From Chitinophagaceae bacterium (GTDB taxonomy: Bacteria; Bacteroidota; Bacteroidia; Chitinophagales; Chitinophagaceae), in contig DATDCP010000463.1 of assembly GCA_036524255.1 (NCBI GenBank), positions 1-44,589 on the forward strand: a stretch of 44,589 nucleotides of DNA, in the 5' to 3' direction. The notes below the pieces were generated by a model that was not told the origin of the DNA, did not search any database, and worked only from the letters and a program-made list of their open reading frames with translations. Of the stretch, positions 9,901 to 16,971 are shown piece after piece. The position numbers and the translations under genes were made by a program. Each line of letters begins with the position of its first letter. Position 1 is the stretch's first letter.

Positions 9901-11346
9901 ACATCCTGTCAAAGCCGAAATTGTAGGTGTTGCTAAATCCAGCGTCCCTGATATTGAGTTGCATGTTGCTCCTGGAGTAAGAGTTATGGCCCCTGTACAT
10001 AAATCATTAACAGGCGGTTCTTGTAAACAAATATTAAAATTCCAACCACTGGTCGATGAGGCGGTAGGATTTGATGTTACATAAACCCGAACATAGTAGG
10101 TGTTACCAATTGTTAATGTAGTTAAAGATAATCTTCCTCCTGTGGTACTTACAGGTTGGCAGCCCAAAGATGCTAAAACACCTGCACAATTATTTGTACT
10201 GCTGCTTAACATTTGAACATATGTAGTCGCAGTTGAAAGGTTGTTACCAAGACTGCTTATCGTTACTGCATGCGTAGTAGAAGTAGCTACGAAAGTAAAC
10301 CATACATCATATGTGGTAGTTGCAGAAACCCCCGTACCACATGCTCCTGTTGGTGCCGAATTAGTAGCGAAACGAAGATTTGATGTAATGTTATTGCACG
10401 TGGGTGCTGGGTTTGACGTCAATACTGTTGCTCCGCTACAATTGTCATTTGCCGGCGGGGGATTGGGATGAGAAACGCATATATCAAAACGGCTATTATT
10501 ATTTGATGTTGGCCATGAGCCAATATTTGATACACGAACGTAATAGGTATTACCAATCGTTAACCCGGTAGCAGTAAGAGTTGTTGTTCCGCACATTAAA
10601 GATGTTAAAGAGCCACAGCCACCACTGAATAATTGTAATTCGGGATTTGTAATATTCGATCCAAGACCACTGACGGCAACAGTTTGAGTGGTGCCTGCTG
10701 CAATAAAGCTAAACCATGTATCAAAATGCAGACCTGCTGATGCACAGCCAACCGGTATGCCGGCACTGGCAGTTGCATATCTCAACGTGTACTGACTATT
10801 ATTACAAGAGGTATTTGATGTTAGCAAAATAGCTCCAGCACATTCGTCATTAGTTGGCGGCGTGCCCGGATGTGTCACGCAAATATCAAACTCTCCATTC
10901 GAAGTCACAGCAGCTCCTACATTTGATACCCGAACATAATAAGTATTGCCTACAGTTAACCCTGTACCAACAAGTGAAGTGGTACCGCAAACCAGGGATG
11001 TTGGCGTTCCGCAGCTACCGCTGTATAATTGTATTTCGGGGTTTGTTATGCCCGACTCAAGACTACTTATTGCAATACTATGGGTTGCATTAGTTGCGGT
11101 AAACCTGAACCATACATCATAGTGTACACCTCCGGATTCGCAACCAACTGGTAAACCTGCACTGGCTGTTGCATTCTGAAGATCGTAGCCGTTATTATTA
11201 CAGTTTGTTGATGATGATCTGTTGATAGCATTTGAGCAGTTATCATTGGATGGTTGTGCAAAAATATTGAATGAGAAAAATAAAGAAACGAAAACAAGCA
11301 AAGTTGTTTTTGGTAATAGTTGCAGTGGCCGTAAAGGTGGTTTCAT
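6922..11346 (-). CDS. Giant T9SS-secreted surface protein with five tandem Cys-rich ~131-147-aa domains
   Basis: Start moved to MKPPLRPL..FSFNIFAQ (ATG at 11344..11346), which gives a normal signal peptide. It has five repeats, a long beta-rich middle, an FN3-like module (VTYEIQRSKDGSYFEKIG..YYRIKAINTQDNKFKYSKVI) and a T9SS tail (..INPFNSNVKF..GFYILRVISDNNVINRKIIKRG). Confidence 0.85.
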   Translation of the reverse strand: MKPPLRPLQLLPKTTLLVFVSLFFSFNIFAQPSNDNCSNAINRSSSTNCNNNGYDLQNATASAGLPVGCESGGVHYDVWFRFTATNATHSIAISSLESGITNPEIQLYSGSCGTPTSLVCGTTSLVGTGLTVGNTYYVRVSNVGAAVTSNGEFDICVTHPGTPPTNDECAGAILLTSNTSCNNSQYTLRYATASAGIPVGCASAGLHFDTWFSFIAAGTTQTVAVSGLGSNITNPELQLFSGGCGSLTSLMCGTTTLTATGLTIGNTYYVRVSNIGSWPTSNNNSRFDICVSHPNPPPANDNCSGATVLTSNPAPTCNNITSNLRFATNSAPTGACGTGVSATTTYDVWFTFVATSTTHAVTISSLGNNLSTATTYVQMLSSSTNNCAGVLASLGCQPVSTTGGRLSLTTLTIGNTYYVRVYVTSNPTASSTSGWNFNICLQEPPVNDLCTGAITLTPGATCNSISGTLDLATPTISALTGCVAAGTYYDVWYSFVATAASHTITLGSIGSSFTAQRIQIFSGICAALVPVGCASTYTLTQGGLLIGTTYYVRIANFGVNPSGTGTVANFNICITAAAAAPSNDLCTGATMLTSGTTCSNIAGTLVNATATAGLPGCGNASSPEVWYSFVAQTAYPSIRLDNIGGNLLTASPRIQLLTFSGGCGGIATSLACLTVAASPTTLNTATTPGGAGLIVGNTYYIRITTNTNMAPPAGGTYGFTICVTDPVATASAILDYSKSYVNLSDTATGGTIDPGDILEIRATLVVRPNGGGIRFIDSVAYYDTLKAGGGLHYYDSIALRTNEGKRYKYFTESNADSDAGWMIAGGVGTDTAIQINMGTGASRTARGTLNSASVPRFNTGTSANCIILATYRVVVNASYGQTINFGGGAFSYRDQTTGVYSTIQFPPDSIMIFQSPGSCPNSVSQTNILGDESNGTFGTGTTQNRGTSPNTNYLYTPFNTSTPQDYYYGIPNNTSALGSTNQLLTKSNAARVHGVWDISGDHTGATNLTKGNLPASPGSSGGYMLAINASYKTDIAFDFNVSGACPDTYYEISAWFKNICYKCGCDSLGRFSSNGSYLPTGPGDSTGVRPNIAIAIDGVDYYTTGNLRYMGLGGTQTGSDTLNQWVQRAFVYKTGPSQTSFTMSLRNNAPGGGGNDWAIDDIALKTCSPELDLLPGPNPFLCDSNLVEMSTVVRSFYNNYNHYRWEKSIDGGVTWTSTGIGGTASPTWNGSEYEYTVDYPPFIGYYSDSGSVYRVAVATSASNLASSTCKFNETAEITLNVDPCGFLLNNDILSFRGRNENNQAVLYLNTSKETTPVTYEIQRSKDGSYFEKIGELVGFKHPDAENNSYRFTDPELLDNTISYYRIKAINTQDNKFKYSKVIQLIGDKAGLQIESLINPFNSNVKFDLISGDDGLVQVEILDQYQHKVKVGSYNLVKGRNRINIDNTEKLPAGFYILRVISDNNVINRKIIKRG
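9169..11253 (-). repeat. Five in-frame tandem coding repeats (131, 134, 147, 137 and 146 codons)
   Basis: Each unit reads (P)P.ND.C..A..L.....C.. ... YDVW(F/Y).F.A ... GNTYY(V/I)R(V/I) ... F(D/N)IC(V/I). Unit boundaries were counted by hand from the translated ORF (residues 56..750 of the listed 1498-aa frame). Confidence 0.85.
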
Positions 11347-11476
11347 AGAAAATTGAATTCTTTGATTTCGAAGGATGTTGGATGTTACAAAGAAACCCTT
11401 AGAACTGTTATTTATCAAGAGTGGTTTTGCTGAATTCTTTATAGCAGTTTTACGAAAACAAATTGGGTACTTATGC

Positions 11477-11508
11477 TTGTATAAAAAAAAAGAAGATTAC
11501 TACTTTTG
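11477..11508 (+). promoter_or_regulatory. Bacteroidota-type promoter of the 11526 gene, with an A9 tract in the spacer
   Basis: TTG at 11477..11479 and TACTTTTG at 11501..11508 give a 21-nt spacer. The spacer contains nine consecutive A at 11483..11491. The ATG is at 11526. Confidence 0.55.
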
Positions 11509-11525
11509 GCAAAATCCAATTTTGT

Positions 11526-14500
11526 ATGAAAAACTCCACCAAAGTTTTTACACTTCTATTATTTTCAATTTTATTTTCTTCTTTCTCATTATTTGCCCAG
11601 GTTGGGACTAATAATGTATGTAGTGGCGCCTTTAACATTGCACCTGTTACAGGTGCCTGCCCTGCTACAACATATAGTCTTCAAAATGCAAATGCAACAA
11701 CAGGCTTAGGAGCCGGTAATTATGATGCCTGGTATAAGTTTACTACACCAGCCAATATTCGAAATGTTGTAGTATCAATACCGTCTTCTGCCGGCGCTAA
11801 TTTATCTCCTGCTAACTTTTTTATAGAAGCATTTCCATCAAATACATGCCCAACAGATTTAACAGGTTCTTTGGGAGTAGCTACTGAAGGTGCTACAGGT
11901 TTATCACTTACAAATCTCACCCCCAATACAGAATACTTATTTAGGGTGTATAGTACCACCAACCCAACTGGCGGCACAGCAGCCAGCTGGAGTTATACTG
12001 TTTGCGTTTCTTATATATCAGTAGCAAATATTGTCGCTGGTAAAATGAATGAAGTTTACAGGCAAACAATAATATCGCCAGCTATGGCACTTGCAGACCC
12101 CTGGGAAATTACTTATGGGACTGATAATTATTTATGGATCACAGAAGCAAAAGGTTATAAGGTAAATAGAATGAACCCTGTCACCGGTGCTAAACAAGTT
12201 GTGTTGGATGTTTCTCAGGGAAGTACATTTTTGCCTGTAGCTGATCAACCATTTAACGCTCAATTTAATATTGCAACAAATAACCCGCAGGGTGGTTTTG
12301 CAGGATTGGCATTACATCCAAACTTTACAGGTGCAGCAGGTGGCCAAAATTATGTGTACGTTTCGTATGTGCATACTTTTCTTAGTGGTGTTGCTTATAC
12401 AAACAGGATTGTTCGCTTTGTTTACAATACAATTACCAACAGGTTAGAATCACCGGTATCTATATGTGATACTATACCCGGAAGCGGGGATCATAATTCT
12501 CAAAGAATGATTATTGCCCCTATAACAAAAGGTGGTTCTGATTACTATTTATTTTATGCAGCAGGCGATATGGGTGCAGGCCAGCAGTTTCCAACATCTG
12601 CTAACATAACCCGCCCGCAAAAAGCACAGGTACGAAACTCCTATGAAGGAAAAATTTTGCGTTTTGCGTTGTCTGATACCTGTTCTGGTACAGGTAATGA
12701 AAAATGGATACCAGCCACCAACCCTTATAATAATGTAGCACCAATTGTAGGCAAAAGTGCAGTATGGTGTACCGGTATAAGAAACAATCAGGGCTTTGCA
12801 TATAACCCGGAACTTAATATTTTATATGGGGCATCTCATGGCGCATTTAGTGATGATGAAATAAATATCATTGAAGGTTTTAAAAATTATGGTCATCCTT
12901 TAATAGTAGGCTATGCAGATGGTAATTATAATGGTACTACAACACCAGGATTAAGCACTAGTATTTCAGCAGGGGTACCCTTTGGCTATACTGGTGGTTC
13001 TTTTACAGTTGATGGCCAGGCAGCTGCAGCCGGTACCTGCCCGCCAATTGGTAATGAAGTAACAAACATGAATAACATTAATGCAGATTCACTTTTATAT
13101 GGAGCTTATAGGAATCCATTATTTTCTGCTTATCCCGGCCCAGCGTCAGGAACAGGGGCAGTTTCAACTATTTGGAGTGCTGGATCAACTCCAGGTGGTG
13201 CGGGCTGGCATTCAGAGGCATGGTCTGGTTTGGGCTATTATGGAAACACTTATATCCCGGGTTGGAAAAATACTTTGCTGGCCGCTGGTTTAAAATGGGG
13301 AAGAACGATACGATTAAAGCTAAATGCAACAGGCACTGCAGTTATACCAACTGCTGGCGCCGATACTGCGACATATTTTCAGAGCGGTAATCGTTACAGA
13401 GATATGGCATTTTCACCCAATGGAAGAGATATTTATTTGTCGATGGATAGAAGTGCTGCTGGTTCTGCTGGTACGGTTGGTAACCCCCCTGATGTTGTTG
13501 GAGATTGTTTAGGCTGTGTAGTACGGTATGAATTTTTGGGTTATCCAGCAGCTGCAACAGCACTTGCCGGGAGTACTATCTCAAAATCAATTGATGTTAC
13601 TGATGGTGCTGCAAATAGTATTAGTAACGGTACAACAGTTACTATAAATGCTCAAAATGGCAATACTAATTATTGGGTGCCTATTACAGGTCCTGATGGA
13701 AATATAATGGCAGAAATATATGCCAATGGAAATAATCTTGGCACTGTAACTTCATCATTCTATAAAAATTCAGGAGGAATTAGAAGTGCTCCTGGAATAA
13801 AGTATTTAGATAGAAACATAACCATCACCCCACAGTTTCAGCCAACTTTGCCATTAGGTTCACCATTGGTAAAAATAAGACTGTATATTTCAAAAGCAGA
13901 GTTTGATTCGCTGGATACAGATCCGTTGAGTGGCATCTCGTCTATTAACGATTTAAAAATCTTAAAAAACAACGACCCTTGTAGTTCGGCAATGATAGGA
14001 AATGCAACATTGTTTAATCCGATAAATACCCTCCCTGCAGACTTGCAGCATGGAACTAATGGATACGTATTACAAACAAATATTCCTTCTTTTTCATCTT
14101 TCTATTTTGCAGCCAATCTCAGTACCTTGCCTTTGGACCTTATTACATTCACCGGTCAATTACAAAACAATAATTCAGTATTATTAAACTGGAAAACGGA
14201 GAATGAGATCAATACTTCTCATTTTATTGTGGAAAGAAGTGCAGATGGTATTCGTTTTAATGGCATTGGAAATGTAACTGCCAATGGAAGAAACAATACA
14301 GGTGGTTCTTTTAGTTATGCAATTACCGACAATGATGCCATTAATCAATCATCACAGCGACTTTATTACAGGTTGAGAATGGTTGATATTGATGGCAATT
14401 TCAAATACTCAAATATTATTTCTGTATCGTTCCCTCTTATTACTGGAAAGTTAAGTGTATCTCCAAATCCGGTACTCACTTCAGTAAAAGTCGCCATTAC

Positions 14501-14696
14501 TTCTGAAGCTGATGGAAGGGTTCAATGGAAGTTGACAGATAATGTTGGAAAGGTGATACAAACAGGATCAGAGTATGTGAGAAAAGGCGCCGGAAATAAC
14601 TTTACTATTAATATGAATAGATTATCAACAGGTACGTATAATTTAAGTGTCACAGGTGCCGGTATTGATCAGAATGTAAAAATGCAAAAACTGTAA
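11526..14696 (+). CDS. T9SS-secreted PQQ-type sugar dehydrogenase (GSDH/YliI-like beta-propeller) with one N-terminal Cys-rich domain
   Basis: Start moved to MKNSTKVFTLLLFSILFSSFSLFAQ. One copy of the NDxC-type domain lies at nt 11601..12014. GSDH motifs present: DPWEITYG..LWITE, GLALHPNF, GDHNSQR, EGKILRF, GIRNNQGFAY, HGAFSDDEINII..KNYGHP. C-terminal LNWKTENEINTSHFIVERSADGIRF..YYRLRMVDIDGNFKYSNII, then SPNPV.. T9SS tail. Confidence 0.85.
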   Translation: MKNSTKVFTLLLFSILFSSFSLFAQVGTNNVCSGAFNIAPVTGACPATTYSLQNANATTGLGAGNYDAWYKFTTPANIRNVVVSIPSSAGANLSPANFFIEAFPSNTCPTDLTGSLGVATEGATGLSLTNLTPNTEYLFRVYSTTNPTGGTAASWSYTVCVSYISVANIVAGKMNEVYRQTIISPAMALADPWEITYGTDNYLWITEAKGYKVNRMNPVTGAKQVVLDVSQGSTFLPVADQPFNAQFNIATNNPQGGFAGLALHPNFTGAAGGQNYVYVSYVHTFLSGVAYTNRIVRFVYNTITNRLESPVSICDTIPGSGDHNSQRMIIAPITKGGSDYYLFYAAGDMGAGQQFPTSANITRPQKAQVRNSYEGKILRFALSDTCSGTGNEKWIPATNPYNNVAPIVGKSAVWCTGIRNNQGFAYNPELNILYGASHGAFSDDEINIIEGFKNYGHPLIVGYADGNYNGTTTPGLSTSISAGVPFGYTGGSFTVDGQAAAAGTCPPIGNEVTNMNNINADSLLYGAYRNPLFSAYPGPASGTGAVSTIWSAGSTPGGAGWHSEAWSGLGYYGNTYIPGWKNTLLAAGLKWGRTIRLKLNATGTAVIPTAGADTATYFQSGNRYRDMAFSPNGRDIYLSMDRSAAGSAGTVGNPPDVVGDCLGCVVRYEFLGYPAAATALAGSTISKSIDVTDGAANSISNGTTVTINAQNGNTNYWVPITGPDGNIMAEIYANGNNLGTVTSSFYKNSGGIRSAPGIKYLDRNITITPQFQPTLPLGSPLVKIRLYISKAEFDSLDTDPLSGISSINDLKILKNNDPCSSAMIGNATLFNPINTLPADLQHGTNGYVLQTNIPSFSSFYFAANLSTLPLDLITFTGQLQNNNSVLLNWKTENEINTSHFIVERSADGIRFNGIGNVTANGRNNTGGSFSYAITDNDAINQSSQRLYYRLRMVDIDGNFKYSNIISVSFPLITGKLSVSPNPVLTSVKVAITSEADGRVQWKLTDNVGKVIQTGSEYVRKGAGNNFTINMNRLSTGTYNLSVTGAGIDQNVKMQKL

Positions 14697-14728
14697 CTGA
14701 TCTCAGAAATCTTCTAATCACATATTTT

Positions 14729-14757
14729 AAAAACCCCGGTATAATGCCGGGGTTTTT
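14729..14757. terminator. Bidirectional intrinsic terminator between convergent genes
   Basis: The sequence aaaaaCCCCGGtataatgCCGGGGttttt has a GC stem flanked by an A-run and a T-run. Confidence 0.85.
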
Positions 14758-14788
14758 GTTGCACATTCAAAAATTTTAGATGGATCAT

Positions 14789-16849
14789 TTAAAACACGCT
14801 TAAGGAAACTCCTCCATAATAATTTCTGCCTGGTGCTGCATTATAATAGCGGCCTCCGGCAGCATTAATATCATTGCCGAGACTATATGTAACATCAAAT
14901 GCATTGTCAATTCCTGCAAAGAATTCAAGCTTGTTCTTTTTCTTCAGATCTTTTCTCCAACCTATTCTTGAACCTAAAAGATTATAAGAAGAAGCAAATT
15001 CAGTGTTGGCATCATTTAAGGGAATAGGATCGCTGTAATAGTAAGTAAGATTAATATAGATGCCGGGCCTGGTAGAAATATCTAATCCTGATGCCACCGT
15101 ATTTTTAGCTACACTCGGTAATTTTTTTCCGCTATAGTCATTTGTAAGTTGTTTGAAATCGTCATAGGTAAAATTATTCCATGTATAACTAGCCCATACC
15201 CTGGCCGTATTGACAAATGAATTACGTTGCAAGAGTAAATAAGAAACCTGTGACTCAACCCCTCTCTGTTTTGTTGAACCGGCATTGACAAAATAATCGC
15301 CATTACTTGCATCTCTTCTTTGTACAATTGCATTCTTTAACCGGTAATCAAAAATATTGACTTCTGCATATAATCTCCGTTGCAACCAACTACTTTTAAA
15401 TCCTGCTTCATAATTAATTCCATGTTCTGCATTCAGCTCAGTGCTTATTACACTGGTTGAAGGCAATACTTCGGCCACTGTTGGTGGAGAAAAACCTTTA
15501 GCTACGCTTGCATATAAATACAGGTCTGCTACAATTTTTTTTGAGATCGCCAATCTTGGTGCAGCTTCATTTTTATAAGATCTTTCTTGCTCCGGTAATG
15601 AAGGAATAGAAAGTCGTTTTATTTTTATTGATGATTTATTAATGCTAAGACCAGCAGTAATATTTATATCATACTTCAATCTCAGATCTGTTTGAGCAAA
15701 GATTGACCAGATACCATTACTTACATCATCATTCGTAAGTGTGGTTGTTGGATTGCCATTTACATTTTGATATGTATGTATATTGAAGTAGCCTTTTTGC
15801 GCCTCTGCACCAAAAATCACTTTTACTTTATCGTTCACAGTAGAAGGCTTCCATGTGAATACAGTCCTCCCCCCGAAATGCGGTTCATTTCTTGTTTCAT
15901 AATTCCGGAAAGTTGGGTTCTTAATTTTCGAAAGTGCACCATAAAAAATTAAACTGTTTTCAAAGTGATCATTGAATTTAAAATGATTATTAAATCCTCC
16001 CAACAACGTTTTCTGATAAATAGCCGCCTTTGCCCCATCCGCACTTGGGAATATTCCCGCTGCAGGACGAGATGCCTGGGGATTTTTTTGATATTCTGCT
16101 TTTGTAAGAGCACCTGGTGTTTCATAAAACAGATCGCCATAGAGAAAATTGAAATGCAACGTTTCCTTTTTACCTGAGCTGATCTTAGTTTGCCATGTAG
16201 CAATATCTCTTCGCATTTTTGTGTGATCCCTGTAACCATCACTTTGCTGGTGCGTATAAGTAAAAGAATTTCTGAATTTATCCTTGCCCTGGTTAAACTG
16301 AACATTTAAATTACTATGATCATAACTGCCATAAGACATATTAACTAATAACCCGGGTTCAGGATGCGCAGCATTACTATTGATCAAAATTGCTCCTCCT
16401 GTTCCTGCTCCATACAGGCTTCCTGCCGGCCCTTTGATCACCTCTATTGAGTTGAAATTATAATAACTCAATTGATTTAAATAAGTATTGCCCCCGGGGT
16501 CGGTAAATGGGATCTCATCCCAATAAACTTTTACATTTCTTACACCAAATGGTGAACGCAAAGTACTCCCCCTGATATTCATGCGGTAACTGCCGGGAGA
16601 ACGTTCTTCCATCCTAACTCCCGGTGTACTATTGAGTGCCGGAAGAATATTTGTATTGCTGAATCGTTCAAGACCGCTTTTACTTATTTTATTAATTGCA
16701 GCAGGAACTTTTCGAAGACTTTGATTTTGTTCATATGCTTTGACGATCACTTCACCAAGTGTTTGTGAAGTGTCAGCAACAACATTTTGTGAGCTTGAGA
16801 AATTATAAATGGCCAAACAAACGAGCAGGCAGGTGGCAGTTTTTCGCAT
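14789..16849 (-). CDS. TonB-dependent outer-membrane transporter (plug + 22-strand barrel type)
   Basis: Start moved to MRKTATCLLVCLAIYNFSSSQ. Plug motifs are present (..VIVKAYEQ.., NIRGSTLRSPFGVRNVKVYWDEIPFTDPGG). The long barrel ends in a terminal aromatic residue (..GGVSLSVF). Confidence 0.85.
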   Translation of the reverse strand: MRKTATCLLVCLAIYNFSSSQNVVADTSQTLGEVIVKAYEQNQSLRKVPAAINKISKSGLERFSNTNILPALNSTPGVRMEERSPGSYRMNIRGSTLRSPFGVRNVKVYWDEIPFTDPGGNTYLNQLSYYNFNSIEVIKGPAGSLYGAGTGGAILINSNAAHPEPGLLVNMSYGSYDHSNLNVQFNQGKDKFRNSFTYTHQQSDGYRDHTKMRRDIATWQTKISSGKKETLHFNFLYGDLFYETPGALTKAEYQKNPQASRPAAGIFPSADGAKAAIYQKTLLGGFNNHFKFNDHFENSLIFYGALSKIKNPTFRNYETRNEPHFGGRTVFTWKPSTVNDKVKVIFGAEAQKGYFNIHTYQNVNGNPTTTLTNDDVSNGIWSIFAQTDLRLKYDINITAGLSINKSSIKIKRLSIPSLPEQERSYKNEAAPRLAISKKIVADLYLYASVAKGFSPPTVAEVLPSTSVISTELNAEHGINYEAGFKSSWLQRRLYAEVNIFDYRLKNAIVQRRDASNGDYFVNAGSTKQRGVESQVSYLLLQRNSFVNTARVWASYTWNNFTYDDFKQLTNDYSGKKLPSVAKNTVASGLDISTRPGIYINLTYYYSDPIPLNDANTEFASSYNLLGSRIGWRKDLKKKNKLEFFAGIDNAFDVTYSLGNDINAAGGRYYNAAPGRNYYGGVSLSVF

Positions 16850-16900
16850 AGTATTGGTTTGTCGTTGATACAAAATTACATTATTCAACTCCGAAAAACT

Positions 16901-16926
16901 AAAACCGCCAGTAAACTGGCGGTTTT
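16901..16926 (-). terminator. Intrinsic terminator of the 16972..19623 gene
   Basis: Stem AAAACCGCCAG/CTGGCGGTTTT (11 bp), followed on the minus strand by ttttagttttt. Confidence 0.8.
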
Positions 16927-16971
16927 GTACTTCAAAAACTATTTTTTTGAAACTATCATAATGTTCATTTT

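Noticed and set aside
9169-11253. Regular ~400-bp periodicity that might suggest a CRISPR-like or satellite array.
   Set aside because: The units are in-frame protein-domain repeats within one long ORF, strongly diverged at the DNA level, with no short identical repeats or spacers.
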